A stretch of DNA of 64,000 bases from Trypanosoma brucei (lineage: Eukaryota). The first letter of the stretch is position 1; each line of letters starts with the position of its first letter. This document shows positions 1-12,192 of this stretch, one piece after another. The notes beneath the pieces were generated by a model. That model did no database searches. It was not told the origin of the DNA and saw only the letters and a list, made by a program, of their open reading frames with translations. A program made the translations under genes and the position numbers. Location of the stretch: positions 608,001-672,000 of the forward strand of contig CH464491.1 in assembly GCA_000002445.1 (NCBI GenBank). Direction: 5' to 3'.

Positions 1-976
1 CCATGACTACGCATCTTCTTGCGGGTGGAAACGGAAGTATGTGTGTGTGTGTGTACACACTCGATCACATGGAAGGAGGAAGTTAAAAAAAAAAACAGCA
101 GGAAATTTAACGTGAAGAATTTTTTTTAAATATTGTTAAAGAAAAAGATGCAAACACTTTCCGGAAAGTGAGTGAATGCCCCGGTAACGTCAACAACAAT
201 AATAATGACGAGTGTCATTTTTGTCTTTCTTTTGTTCTTTGGTACTTATCCTTTTACTCTTGCTCTTTGTTTGTTTCCTCTTATGTGGAGCGCTTGTATG
301 TGGAATATATTATTCCCTGATACGGGTGGGAGTAAAAAGCAACTGGCAAGCGACCAAGAGGTTTTGTCTTTTTTTTTAAAAAAAAGAGAAAAGTAGAGCG
401 TGGGTTGCTTTACAAAATTTTGTGAAATGTCTGCGGAAACGGGTCGGTTGCTGGGGGAGCACAAAGGATAAAAAGAATGGGTGCTGAAAAGAAAAAAAAA
501 ACTGTATGCATTTGTGCTCGCGTAAGAAGCGTTTTCAAAAAAACATCTATCTTGGAAAGTTACACACAACATCATCCTTGTGTTACTTTCTGATGTTGTT
601 GTAAACAAACTTTTGCACCACGTTTTTTTTTTTTTTGGGGGTGGTGGTGGGAGGTTTGCTTACTTTTTTTTCCCCCTTCCCCTCCCTCTTCCTCTGTCAC
701 CGTTGCTGTTGTGTATCCGCCTGTTTATGCAAGTGGTGTGGCCACTCCAATGTTGAACAAATGTATCCCCGTCACTTCTTTCTTTTCTGTTCTTCTCGTT
801 ACCTGCGGCTCTTTCTTTCTTTGTACGTGTATAATGGTTTATCTTTTCAGTTAAATAGGATAGTAAACTCCATTCTCAGCCTCAGGCTGAGGAAGGTTTT
901 TATTTATTTTTGTAAATAACTTGGCCGTGAGAAGACATTCGTTGGTGGTTCCATTTATTTATTTCGTAGGGTTTAA

Positions 977-2314
977 ATGCAGCGGACGCTTCGCAGTGCG
1001 GCCCGTCGCAAATGGGGGCAAAAAACCTGGTCACCCACAGCTACAAACGGAGGTGCGGCACCGGCGAATGGTGTCAGCGCGCAAGAAGCACTTCAAATTG
1101 CATATCGCCCGATGCCACCCTCACAAACTGTGGAGTACGAAGAGGATTTCGGTCACAATCTAATGATTCACCGTGAGTATATTTCCAAGCGCTGTCGCGA
1201 CCGCGTGTCGTTTGAGCTGAGTGCGCTTTCCTACAGTAATTTGGAACTGCGACGTGGACAAGAGCATCTGGCGGGAATTATGAATAGGGAGCGGAGAGGG
1301 GTTTCAGTGGGTGCCTCTGGCGCTCCAGATGATCAGGTGCAGATGCAAACCGATGTGGATGCCAACTCGAGGGAAGTCTTGAGCGCACGGTACCTCTTCA
1401 ACGAGAGGCGGTTGCAGTTCTGCGATCGATTTCAGAACTTCTTTCAAAGCAAACTGGAAAATAGTGCTGCGAGTGATTCCAATGGACACGAGAAGCAACA
1501 TCTCTTCTCTCTTATGGAGGCATGCGCGGTGATATTTGGTTGCGAAACGGAGGCGGCTCGGGAAACATACTACCGCATGTTCCTGGGGTTGGATTCGGAA
1601 ACGCTTTTGGAGGAAGACGAGGCACTACGCAACCGAATCGCCGATGCCAAACTCGTGCAGCGGGTTCTCGAGAACAACAAGGGGCGGCAAGAGGTCACAC
1701 AATCGCCTAAACTTCAACAACAACAGGATCAAGGCAAACCCCTGCACGCCGTTTCTAGTGGTACAAGTTTGCTTAATGATTGCGAAGAAGAGCGCTTCAT
1801 TTCATCTATTCCCGAGCTTTCCCTGTTTGAAGACGAAACTGAGGCTAGAGCCAACGGGTTCGTCGAAGGTGAAGACGATGTCAAGGCAAACAATGGTGAT
1901 CTCACTGCCGGTAGTTTTAGCTCCCCTGCTTCCTCTGTTAATTTACCGGAGGAGTTTGAAGAATATGCCCCTCTATACAAGGCATACATTACCCACGCAG
2001 TGGGAAAAGGACCCGTGGCTTCGTATGATATATCGACACTTGGTTCAACAGGTTTGACAGCAGAGCGGCGACGATGGAGGACTCTGATGGAGAAGATTGT
2101 ACGGGAGGATTATCATACCATGACGGAAGTAGAACAGATGGATGCCATCGTGTTGAATGAGCAACTCCACACCGTAAAGTTCTTCGATTTGAAGATTGGA
2201 GATGCGATTCGTGATATATTGCAGTTGTTGCAACGGGAAACCGGCGTCGGTTCGTCGGTCAATCGCGACACACCGGTGGGTATTTCTCCCAACAACCCAG
2301 AGCGACGAGTCTGA
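977..2314 (+). CDS. hypothetical protein (445 aa), no recognisable domain
   Basis: ATG-initiated ORF in the same orientation as all neighbouring genes. Composition is acidic in the C-terminal half (EEDEALRNR, FEDETEARANGFVEGEDD). The 3' flank is pyrimidine-rich. I recognise no motif. Confidence 0.5.
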   Translation: MQRTLRSAARRKWGQKTWSPTATNGGAAPANGVSAQEALQIAYRPMPPSQTVEYEEDFGHNLMIHREYISKRCRDRVSFELSALSYSNLELRRGQEHLAGIMNRERRGVSVGASGAPDDQVQMQTDVDANSREVLSARYLFNERRLQFCDRFQNFFQSKLENSAASDSNGHEKQHLFSLMEACAVIFGCETEAARETYYRMFLGLDSETLLEEDEALRNRIADAKLVQRVLENNKGRQEVTQSPKLQQQQDQGKPLHAVSSGTSLLNDCEEERFISSIPELSLFEDETEARANGFVEGEDDVKANNGDLTAGSFSSPASSVNLPEEFEEYAPLYKAYITHAVGKGPVASYDISTLGSTGLTAERRRWRTLMEKIVREDYHTMTEVEQMDAIVLNEQLHTVKFFDLKIGDAIRDILQLLQRETGVGSSVNRDTPVGISPNNPERRV

Positions 2315-2569
2315 AATGTGTGTGATTTTTGTTTGGAAAGCATGTTGACGATTAACTTCACATTTTAAGTAAGCACGGTTTGTTGTACAAGCCCGCTTGC
2401 TCACGTTTTGTCGTTGTATGATCTTACGATTAATAGTCTACTTGCTGAAAGTGGTGTCTGTTCCCTTCCCTCCTTAATGTGTATGTGGCTAAATCGTATA
2501 TATATATATATATATTCGTCCTTTGTTTCCTTGCTCTGTTTTCTGGCGTATTTTGAAGAATATAAGACA

Positions 2570-4783
2570 ATGGCAACATCAGAAAGTTCAGGTGCTAAGA
2601 GATTTTGGGGCGTCGATTCGGAGTATGAGGTGACACTATGCTCTACAGACAGCCCCGTTCGGGCGTATGAGTCGCACATGTTTGACAAGGAAGTGCTGAG
2701 CGCAGATGGAGCTGCACACACGGCAAAAAAACCCAAAGCTGGTGATTCGCTCGGATATGATAAGCACCAGGCATCCCTCCCGCGCTTACCCATTCCAACA
2801 CTGCAGGATACGTGCGACTTGTATTTGAAGTCTATTCAGGCTCTCGTAACGGCTGAGGAGTACGTTCACACCAAGAAAGTTGTGGAAGATTTCCTGAAGG
2901 GAGGTGGAAGCGGGGAAACACTACACAATTTGCTCCTTAAATGGGACAAGGAGTGTAACCAACCGAGTTGGTTGGAGGAGTTTTGGAATGACTCTTACGT
3001 TTGTATGCGCGATCCCATCCCAGTCAACGTTAACTTTTTCTTCCAATTTAAACCTCATCCACAACACTTGCAGAATGGCCGTCATGTCTCGCAAATTGGC
3101 CGCGCCGCCAGCCTTCTGCATGCGGCAGTTGAATACTATGTATCGATTATAAATGGGACCGTGGCCAGAGAATTCGAGCGGGACGCTCCAGTATGCATGA
3201 GTCAGTACCGCTTTGTTTTCAGTACCTCGCGTGTTCCTGGATTACATCAGGACCGGAAAGTTTGTTACTCCGAAAGACCGCTCACAGAGGACGAGAAAAG
3301 GTCAAAATTTGCTGAGTACGTCGCTGCCAGCCCCACTCACTGCGTTGTAATAATCCGTGACCGCTTTTTCAAGTTAGAGGTACTTCGAGAAGATGGTACC
3401 CAATACAGCGTCGAGGAACTTATAGTGTCACTCAAGTATATCGAAGATTTCGTCACCTCAAGGCAGAACCCCGGAGCACCGGTGGGTCTTTTGACAACAA
3501 TGGACCGCACGGAGTGGTTCCACGCTCGTGAACGCCTTAAGAAACTGGGTAACGTAGGCATACTTCAAACTATCCAATCGGCCCTCATTTGTATCTGCCT
3601 CGATGGCGTCCGTGTTGTTTCACCGGAGGTGGGCGCCCGGTTGCTGCTGCATGGACAAGGGACGAACCGATGGTTTGACAGGCACAACATCATTGTTACA
3701 GCTGATGGGACTGCGGGTGTGAATTGGGAGCACTCTGTTAATGACGGCGGAACGGCATTGATGCTGGCCGACTTCATGTACAAGAAAGACTGCGAGCGCT
3801 TCTTTACAGGAGATGAGGTTGAAGCCCTTTCTAAGCGGGAAGGCGTGTCCCTTACTGTGCGGAGGATGGTCGCCGAGAAGCAGTGGAATCTTGACAAGGG
3901 AATATATGGCGTCATGAAGTCTGCGTCAGAGGATTTTAAAACATTAATTCAAAATAATGAGTTACATGTGCTACATTTTGGAAACTTTGGTGGGGCCTTT
4001 CTGAAGCGCTTTGGGATCTCACCGGATGCCTTTTTTCAGATGGCCCTTCAGTTGACATACTACCGGCTCTTTGGCCGTAACTGTGCGACCTACGAAGCGG
4101 CTACCACACGTACCTTCAGCCACGGCCGTACAGAGTGCATACGAAGTGCCAGTTCTGAAGCTCTGGACTTCTGCCGAGCGGCGTGCGAGCCATTGTTTCC
4201 CAAGCGTATCGGCTCTGCAGTACCTTCTCAGGGCGAATTCCTCCGCAAGGCAGTCGCCGCTCATGCAAATGCTGTAAAACTTGCCAAGAGTGGCCTCGGT
4301 GTAGATAGACATTTATATGGTTTGCGGGTAATGGCGCGAATGCACGGTGTTCCGCTTCCCGGACTATTTAATGATCCGTCTTACCACCGGAGTGGAACGT
4401 GGCTCATGTCGACTTCCCATTGTGGAAGCAATGCACTCGATGCCTTTGGGTTCGGCCCTGTTGTTGTTTCGGGGTTTGGGATCGGCTATATGATCAAAGC
4501 CGACAGCATAGATGTTGTCATTACTTCAAAGTGTACTTCTCATTTTACTTCTACGGTGGTGTTTGCTTCCATGCTGGAATCCTCGTTGTTTCACATGAAG
4601 ACTATACTTCAGAGTGAAGATATGAGCCGGCGAGCTGAGAGAGATATTTTACTTTTCTCTCATCCATGTGGACTGAACGACTTTCAGTTCTCTGAGAAGG
4701 AGGGCTTCATCTACGAGCACCATGTGAATGGCAGCAAAGGTGAGATGACTGATTCCATTGCTGATGCCTCACCAAATTTGTAA
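2570..4783 (+). CDS. carnitine/choline O-acyltransferase family (carnitine O-acetyltransferase-like)
   Basis: The track ORF 2408..4783 begins with TTG; the first in-frame ATG is at 2570 (MATSESSG...). The family N-terminal signature LPRLPIPTLQDTCDLYL is present. The catalytic-His motif VNWEHSVNDGGTA (EHSxxDG) is present, as is a C-terminal GFGPVVVSGFGIGY stretch typical of carnitine acyltransferases. A polypyrimidine tract plus (TA)n lies upstream. Confidence 0.88.
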   Translation: MATSESSGAKRFWGVDSEYEVTLCSTDSPVRAYESHMFDKEVLSADGAAHTAKKPKAGDSLGYDKHQASLPRLPIPTLQDTCDLYLKSIQALVTAEEYVHTKKVVEDFLKGGGSGETLHNLLLKWDKECNQPSWLEEFWNDSYVCMRDPIPVNVNFFFQFKPHPQHLQNGRHVSQIGRAASLLHAAVEYYVSIINGTVAREFERDAPVCMSQYRFVFSTSRVPGLHQDRKVCYSERPLTEDEKRSKFAEYVAASPTHCVVIIRDRFFKLEVLREDGTQYSVEELIVSLKYIEDFVTSRQNPGAPVGLLTTMDRTEWFHARERLKKLGNVGILQTIQSALICICLDGVRVVSPEVGARLLLHGQGTNRWFDRHNIIVTADGTAGVNWEHSVNDGGTALMLADFMYKKDCERFFTGDEVEALSKREGVSLTVRRMVAEKQWNLDKGIYGVMKSASEDFKTLIQNNELHVLHFGNFGGAFLKRFGISPDAFFQMALQLTYYRLFGRNCATYEAATTRTFSHGRTECIRSASSEALDFCRAACEPLFPKRIGSAVPSQGEFLRKAVAAHANAVKLAKSGLGVDRHLYGLRVMARMHGVPLPGLFNDPSYHRSGTWLMSTSHCGSNALDAFGFGPVVVSGFGIGYMIKADSIDVVITSKCTSHFTSTVVFASMLESSLFHMKTILQSEDMSRRAERDILLFSHPCGLNDFQFSEKEGFIYEHHVNGSKGEMTDSIADASPNL

Positions 4784-7581
4784 CAAACTGATGGTATCGA
4801 CTTCTGAACAGCGATGGACCTCCACGGGATGGCTCGGTAGCTTTTGTGCCCTTTACTCTTTAAATTTTTAATTATCTATCTATCTCTCTGCCTGTTTCCC
4901 TTTTTTTTTCTTTTACAGTTTTTCCTCCCTCATTATAATTATAATTTCACTTTTCCCCACACGTCGAGGGGCATACGACGTCACGATGGGTTGCCCCACA
5001 AGGCAGTCGAACGGCACTGTTTTCTTTTTTGCTTCCATGTGCATGCATTGCTCAGCTGTGCGGTAATATCATGCGTAGCGGGACATGTCTTTTTCATCAT
5101 CTTGAAAACACGGCCAAAATGTCCCTGTTATTTTCGTCTTTCCTTTCTTAAAAGAAAAAAAAGAAGGTGAAGGAAATTTTATTTCATGTTGTATATAAAT
5201 GTTTATTTGTTTATCCTTTCATCCCCCCTTTACCTTTGCAACGTTCGGATAGAAGGGTAGTCAAATTCCGCGTGTACGGATTTCTCATCACTTCTCCTTC
5301 TTATTACATTACTTGTGTTGTTTTTGCTCCTTTCTTTTCGTTAATTTGCGTGGGCAATTGCGAGGTGAACAACTAATAGATGAGCAAAAGGTAAAATAAA
5401 ATTAAAAAGAAAAATCACAGGCGAGTGGAGAAGTCGGGGTAGGAGGGGAAGCAAAGAGAAGGACGAGAAAACGATTTTATGCCACGTTTGAAACAAGCGC
5501 ACGTACGAAAAACGCAAACACGGAATAATACGGGAATATCACTTTTTTTTTTTCCTTCCATTACCCGCGGGCGTGGCAACTGGCTGTTTTTTTTTTTCCT
5601 TCCCATATGGGGGAGGATTTGTTATGCATTTTGATGTGGGATTCTTAACACTACTTTTCATCCTTGTGCTTTCTTCATGCATAATTGACACGGCGTTATA
5701 ACATATATGTATCTGTGTGTATTTGTCAATATTTCTTTCTTTCTCTTTTTTTTTTTCTCTCTTTATCGTCAAAGTTGTTTATTGCGTCAAGGCGAAAAAG
5801 TAAATCAAACAAACGAAAAAAAAAAAGAAACAAACACAAAAGGTTGTTTGTTGTTGTTGTTTTTTGAGAAAAAGAAAAATGTTCCCCGGCATGCAGCAAC
5901 CGAAGGCACTCCCCATGGGTGAGGCACATACGCAGTTTTGGACTAACTTCAATCGCTTCTTAACTACCAGTGCACTTTCCATCACCGTCTCACTTTTTAT
6001 TCGCTACTGCGAGGGACGCACCAGCGCTGTATTACTTAACGGCATTTAATATTCGAAATATAACACATAAAATAAAGCGGTCACATGTTTTTGGTGGTTT
6101 TGGAGTACACCGGAGGGAGGGATGTGGTGGAAGTGAAGGGATTTTCTTTTTTTTTTTCAAAAAAAATAAAGAAAAAGAAATAAAAAAGGTTTTTGAGAGC
6201 AAAAACAACTGAACAGAGAAGGGAGGATGAAATGAGCGGATTGTTAGCGAAGGGGAGGGGGGGAATGTAAAGGAAAAGTGAGCTCGACAAATGGTGGAAT
6301 TATTAGGTTGAGAAGTGTGTGCATGTAAGGTTGGGGTAAAGAGAAGAAAAAAAAAAAGAAAAAAAATAACAATAGTAATAATAAATAAATAAACAAAAGG
6401 ACACCAAATAGTAAAGAGGTTGAGAGGGTGCAAACTTGTCGAAGCACGTGAGAAGGGGCTCACCATATCATTGGTGGATGACTTTATCCCACTTTGTAGT
6501 ATTCGTGCTGAAAACTCACAGTATATTTCGTGGACTTAAAGTTTCCAATTGTACGAGTGAGTCTCCCCAACTCTAATCTGTCAACCGTTTCTTTTTTGTT
6601 TCTTTTTTTATTTTTTATTCTTCGTTTTTGTTTTTTTTTTATTTACGTTTGCTGCGTGCACATTTTGTTTTATGAATGTGTGTGTGTGTGGGGGGGGGGG
6701 AGGAGGAGGGGTCTGTGCAACAACTCAAATAACCAGTTCCACATCCAGAGCTGTTGATAAAGAAATATTAACGGCAGCCGCTTACTCTTCTGAGTTCGTG
6801 CTTTCTCCTTGCTTTATAATTTTGTACCAAACTTTTGTGGACACGAAGTGGAATAAAATAATAAAACAAGGAAAAGAAAGGAAAAACACAAGAGGGACGA
6901 TGTTTCGGATGTTTTTGTTTTCATCATTTTTATTCCTCCGGTGTTGTTGACCATTTTCTTTATGCAATTTTCCGCCTTATTCCGCTTTGTTCCTCCATTC
7001 TGCTGCCCCGTAATATCGATTTCTTTTTTTGTTTTGTTTTGTTTTTTTGTCTCTGCTTTTTTCCCTCTATTTACCTACTTTTCATTTTGTGTCGTTTTTC
7101 CTTTTCTTTCTTTCTTTATATTTCTTTATATTTATTTCCTTTTCTTTCATTTGATTATTATTGTTATTTTTTTTTTTTACCGTTGCAACGCTCGCAATGT
7201 TTGTGATTCCCCAACTATGCACAGAGGCGTTACGGTTTTGGACTATTTTAGCGAGTGAGTTGAATAAGCGTAACGGAACAACAGTGGAACGATAGGAATG
7301 GTAAGACCGAATACAACATAACACAACTTACCATAACGTAACGTGACAGAAAAGAAAAAGAAAGAAGTGCAACGGAAATTAAAAGGAAAAAGCGGAAGTG
7401 AACTTAAAGCAGCATAAGTCAAATTTGAGTGGACATATATATTATTTGAAGTACAGAAGAGTCAAAGAAAGGAGAGGGAGAAGGTTATCACACCAAAGCC
7501 GAGCGCATAACAACAACAGGAGCAAAACTATTACTATCAGGGTGAATAGACTGATTTTGAAGGGAGAAAATATTGCGGTTT

Positions 7582-8052
7582 ATGGTGAGCGAAGTGATGG
7601 TTGAGTTGCATGACTTTGTGCATGGTGGCGGCTTGCAGGACAGTTCATATGTTCCTTTGAACTCGCCGTTGAGGTTGCGGTTTCAGTACAGCGTGAGTCA
7701 CACCGTGGAGAAACCAAAGTGGGCTCTTACATTTGTCGCTGATATCGCTGATAAGCGCCGTGTTGTGGAGTTACTGCCCCCAATGAATGTAAAAAATGAG
7801 CTGATGCACGAGCCTTATAAAACATATGATGGCGTGCCACCGCTTTCACCAGGGGAGCGATACGTGGCGGAGTTTCAAATTGAAACCATGAATTTGACTG
7901 GTGTGGAGAGGAAATATCTCGAGCATGTCGGCGCGTTGCAGTTGGTGCTTATGTCAGACACGAAACGTGTGTCGGAGCTAACAGTTGTTGTTCAGGTGAA
8001 ACGGAATGATTCCGGTGAGTTGATGCGACGAGTTCTAAGCCCTATGGTGTAA
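7582..8052 (+). CDS. hypothetical small protein (~156 aa)
   Basis: The track ORF 7573..8052 starts at TTG; the first ATG is at 7582 (MVSEVMVELHDF...). The sequence is non-repetitive and protein-like, on the same strand as the unit. No domain recognised. Confidence 0.35.
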   Translation: MVSEVMVELHDFVHGGGLQDSSYVPLNSPLRLRFQYSVSHTVEKPKWALTFVADIADKRRVVELLPPMNVKNELMHEPYKTYDGVPPLSPGERYVAEFQIETMNLTGVERKYLEHVGALQLVLMSDTKRVSELTVVVQVKRNDSGELMRRVLSPMV

Positions 8053-9574
8053 GGCAGGGGTTTTAGGGTTAGGATTGTTCGGTTTTGTGCGTGTAGAGCA
8101 CAATGGTGAAAATGGTGATAATAGTAAATAACAATAATAGCGTGAAATAAAGGGAAAGGAAGAGAATCTTTTTTCTTTTTTCGGTTTTTTTTTGTGTTTC
8201 GGTTGTTGTCTGTGATGCGATTCTTTTTATTCTCTTCTTAGTCGTGCTTTGGTGTGCGGTTGCGCTGGCGGAATATTACCCCCTTTCTCTTTCTCATTCT
8301 CATTCTCCTCCCACCTTACTTTTTTACTACCTTCTGGGAGGATACTGTTTTGAATCACTTGCATTCCTCTCCTTAACATTTCGATACGAGGTGTTTTTCT
8401 TTGCCTCTCGGCACTCCATTTACCCCTTTGATGTATGTCATTATTAACTCTACGCAGTAATTTCCCCATTTTTGAAATCTCTTTAATTATTATTCGTGTT
8501 TTTGTACTCCTCCACCATTATTATTTTCTCTTTGGTTTATATATAACACATTCACTGGGAGTGCGATTATTTAAGGAGAGCGAATAATACGGTAACAACT
8601 CGGCCAACACTAACGAATAAAAAAAAGGAAGGGAGCAAATTCAGACGCATCGAAAAGAAACGGGACTAAAAGCACTTATCATCTGTCTTCCCAAAGTTCA
8701 GCAAAATGCTTCTAGGAGGTTTTGTTCCCCGCCGCTTCTCGCAGTTTAACCGCGACCCGTGTTGGATGTTCTTCATATTTTCTGTCGGCTTCTGGCTGGG
8801 CGAATATCCGGCGATGATGATCAAATATAATGCCCGTGACCTCGTGTATGACCCGCACCGGTACGTATGGTCCCACCATGACGACCATCACTAAACCCAG
8901 CTGCGTCCAAGGAGGGAAGGAGGAAAAAAAAAACAAACAAACAGACAAACTCTGAAGCTTACTGCAGTGAGTTAACCCGCCCGTTTTGTCTTTTTTATGT
9001 GATCATGCGTATACATATATATATATATATATATATGTGCGTTATTGCGTTTGTGTGTTTAGGGAAGTGGTACTTTGTTTCATTGAAGTGTAGAATGGAT
9101 GGGGTAATAGAAGTGTGCAGGTTTGGGGTGGAAGGTCAAAAGGGGACGAGGAGGGAAAAGAAGCCCTTAGAGTAACGGGAAGTGCTGTGTTTATTAGCGT
9201 ACACACAAATGCGCACAAACGCTACTGTTGCTGTGATTTTTATCGCCTCAATTTCACATTGTGGGCTCTTCCTTTGTTGCCTATGTGCTCGCCCTAGTTG
9301 TGCGTTGTTGTGGTGAAGCATTTGAGTGTGTAGTAGCCTCTGTAATAGTCGGTTGCTTATTTGTTCGTATGTGTATTGGTGTCTTCTCTGGGAGCCTCAC
9401 TTCCTCCTTTCGTTAATAAGTGATCATAATTTGTCCAAAGAAAAAATAAACCGTGAAAAAGACATAAAGGGGAAGAGAACAGCAACCGAACAAATAAGAG
9501 ATAGGGGTAGAGGGCAAAGAAGGAAAGAAAATATAAGGAGAAAAACAAAACAAAAATAACAACAACACATAGCC

Positions 9575-10300
9575 ATGTACAATAACGACTCGGCGGCAGG
9601 CGGCGACGCGTTGCAGGAGACTTGTGTGGACGCCATAACCAATATGGCGCGGCGCCTTGACCCCCAAGCACTCACAAAGGTTACCCAGTCGCTTCAGGAC
9701 ATGCTGGAGGAGAACCGTCAGCAGGTCGCGAACCGACGTGGCCGGGGGGGTTATCAGCAACACCAGCACCACCAGCAGCCACATCACTTCGGGCACCGTG
9801 GCAACGCGCGTCCGCCGCACGCAAATCGTCAATGGGGAAGCAACAATAACAGCAGGAACTACTATCAGTCTTCCAACGGTTACGATAACGGTAAATACCA
9901 GCGCGGTGGGCGTCCTCACCAGCACAACGACTGGAACGCGTCAAGTCGCCGCCATCAATCTCGGGGAGGTGGACGGGACTACGGTAACAGAGACGAAGAA
10001 CGGGTGTCAAACACAAACAGAGATCACAGTAACAGAGACGGGGACCGAAGCCCAGTCGCAGGCAACCGTTCTCCACCACGGGGACATCGGGAGGGAGCGG
10101 GTGCTCGCTCGAGTGGTCCCCACAACAGCAAAGTGGAGGAGGAAAATGAGCGGGGCGCGACCGAGAAACCATGTGAAGGGGGGAATGAGCGACCTCATCA
10201 CGGCCGGCACTGGGGCGGAGGTCGTGGAGCGGGTCGGGTCCGTCGCGGAGAGCGTCGACCCAACGGCCATAACGATGCCAAGGCAGATGGGCCTTCCTAA
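9575..10300 (+). CDS. hypothetical RG/Q/H/N-rich low-complexity protein (241 aa)
   Basis: ATG-initiated ORF. It is rich in RGG/RGGGR and NR/HQ stretches reminiscent of RGG-type RNA-binding tails. The frame assignment is ambiguous because GC-rich sequence also leaves two overlapping ORFs open (9657..10526 on +, and 9681..10409 on -). Confidence 0.4.
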   Translation: MYNNDSAAGGDALQETCVDAITNMARRLDPQALTKVTQSLQDMLEENRQQVANRRGRGGYQQHQHHQQPHHFGHRGNARPPHANRQWGSNNNSRNYYQSSNGYDNGKYQRGGRPHQHNDWNASSRRHQSRGGGRDYGNRDEERVSNTNRDHSNRDGDRSPVAGNRSPPRGHREGAGARSSGPHNSKVEEENERGATEKPCEGGNERPHHGRHWGGGRGAGRVRRGERRPNGHNDAKADGPS

Positions 10301-11129
10301 GGTTGGGGTTGAGAGAAAAGTAGTTGGGGAATGCCTTCCATTTCTTCCCCACATAAATTATTTTTATTTCCTTTGGTCTACCAGTTTCTTCCTCCTTCCA
10401 CCCGCACATATATATATATATATGTATTTATATATACATATGTGCATACATATACTTCTGCATCTTATCACTCCTGGTTCTCTTACCAGCGGGCTCCGCA
10501 GAGAGGCCAAGAGGGAAAGGATGTGAGAAGAGATGGAAGCGGGAGGGAGACGCATAAGCCATCGCAGGTAAATAATGGGGGGGATGATAAACGTGTATCA
10601 CCTTTGCTTGACTATGTACATGGAGGTAATGTGTTTGTGTCTATGTGTGCGCTGAGAAGTAGGATTTGATGGAGGTAAGCGAAAGAAAGAAATAAAAAGG
10701 ATGACCCCTGCACTGGGTGGCATTTGAACTGACTGGTCCAATAGAAAGATGAGCTATGGGGAAAATGCGGTGGTGAGAAGTAAATAATGATGCAGGTGAG
10801 AACGAGAGAGGGCACAGCATAAATAGGAGAGGTAGTGAAAGGACTTAAAAGGGAGAACAGGTAAGAAGACACGTTCGCAGAGATGAAGGTAAATCCGATG
10901 GTGAAAATGAGCGGAAAGAAGCGGAACAAACAAGCGCACTGCGATGCAAACTTTCGATGTATTTGGTGCTTCTGCGATTGGAGAAAGGAAAAGATGGATT
11001 TAATGAATGTGTCAGTAGCATTTGTGGTTGGCCCACGTGTTTGAGGAGGAGAGTTGATAATATGCTAGTACAAAGCGACTTCGGCAACGGGAACCACTGG
11101 AAGAGAATCGATAGGAAGGCAAATGGACT

Positions 11130-11151
11130 TTGTGTGTGTGTGTGTGTGTGT
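11130..11151. repeat. (GT)n microsatellite; a second (GT/GC)n run lies at about 11261-11290
   Basis: tgtgtgtgtgtgtgtgtgtgtg and, further on, tgtgcgtgcgtgtgtgtgtgtgtgtgcgtg. Confidence 0.9.
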
Positions 11152-12192
11152 ATCCACCGCATTTCACCGGATTCCCTCCATGATTTGCCGCAGGCAAATC
11201 TCCATAACTTCCTATTTCCCCCCTCTTTATTTCCATTTCGTGTTTGTTTGTTTATTTGTCTGTGCGTGCGTGTGTGTGTGTGTGTGCGTGTCTTTGGTCC
11301 AGCCACTTTGTCTTAAGGGAGGTGATTAAGTCACTTTTTTTTTTTGCGCGTTGTTTTTATTCATTTCTTTTGTTTTGTTTTTGCGTAGCCGTGCGCCAAG
11401 CTGTCTGTTTGTGGGTAACTTTGCTTATCAATTTCGCTCATCTTGCGAAATGTGGAGGAAAGAAAATATGAAGGCTATTTTGTCCTTTGCATGTGTACGC
11501 ACGCGAACTGGCATGTCTCTTTGTTTTTTTAGGCCTTCACCTGGTCGGTGTCGTTGTGTTTTGGATCCGTTGTTTTCTCCACTTTGATTGTGTTTGATTT
11601 TTTTCTTCGGTTGTCCAGCAATGTTATCCTCTCTTTATTGTTGTCTTATCAAATGCGTTGATTCCCAGGCAATAAGCACGCGCCCGTGTTTGTTTGTTTG
11701 GTTGTTTTCCTTTTTTTTTTTTTAACAAGGCTGAGGCATGCAGGGTCGCTTCCAAGAAGGAGAAGGCGGTGAAGCTGCCGTGCCAATGGAGGAAAATGTT
11801 GAGATTATTTAAGTTGGTCCGACGGTGTTCAACCTCGCACGTCCCGCACATATATTTATTCATATATATTTACTTTGCTCAGCCCTACCCTTTTCCTTCA
11901 CTTCATTTGTTTACTCGTTCTGGTCATCTTTTCCCTCTCATTCCTTCAAAGTCGGCCTGGTGGCACTATTTATCATCACAACACGGACGTTTGCACGCAC
12001 GCATACACAAACAAACGAACGAACAAACAACCACGCAAAAGCACTAAAATACATACGTATATATTTATGTGTGCGTTTCGTTTAGTATCTTTTTCCGTGT
12101 TGATTTTACTTTTGCATGAATTTACGCACCCGTTTCTTCCCTCTCATTCCCCACCTCAATCAACTTCATAGTGATAACCAAGGAGATAGTTT

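Noticed and set aside
5864-6049. A 61-aa ORF in the 2.8-kb spacer (ATG at 5879: MFPGMQQPKALPMGEAHTQFW...)
   Set aside because: It is short, flanked by homopolymers, and has no recognisable motif. It is most likely chance.
8706-8894. A 62-aa ATG ORF (MLLGGFVPRRFSQFNRDPCWMFFIFSVGFWLGEYPAMMIKYNARDLVYDPHRYVWSHHDDHH) with one hydrophobic helix and a His-rich tail
   Set aside because: It is too short and isolated to call without conservation or expression data. It could be a micro-protein and may be worth a ribosome-profiling check, but it is not reported as a feature.
9413-10526. Overlapping 170-289-aa ORFs on both strands around the RG-rich gene (9657..10526 on +, and 9681..10409, 9413..9925 on -)
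   Set aside because: The region is GC-rich with low-complexity codon content, so alternative frames stay open. The peptides are Thr/Val/Arg-rich and not protein-like. Only the ATG-initiated + ORF at 9575 is kept, and at low confidence.
10845-11329. ORFs of 119-153 aa rich in HTHTHT / CVCVCV
   Set aside because: They are translations of (GT)n/(AC)n microsatellites.
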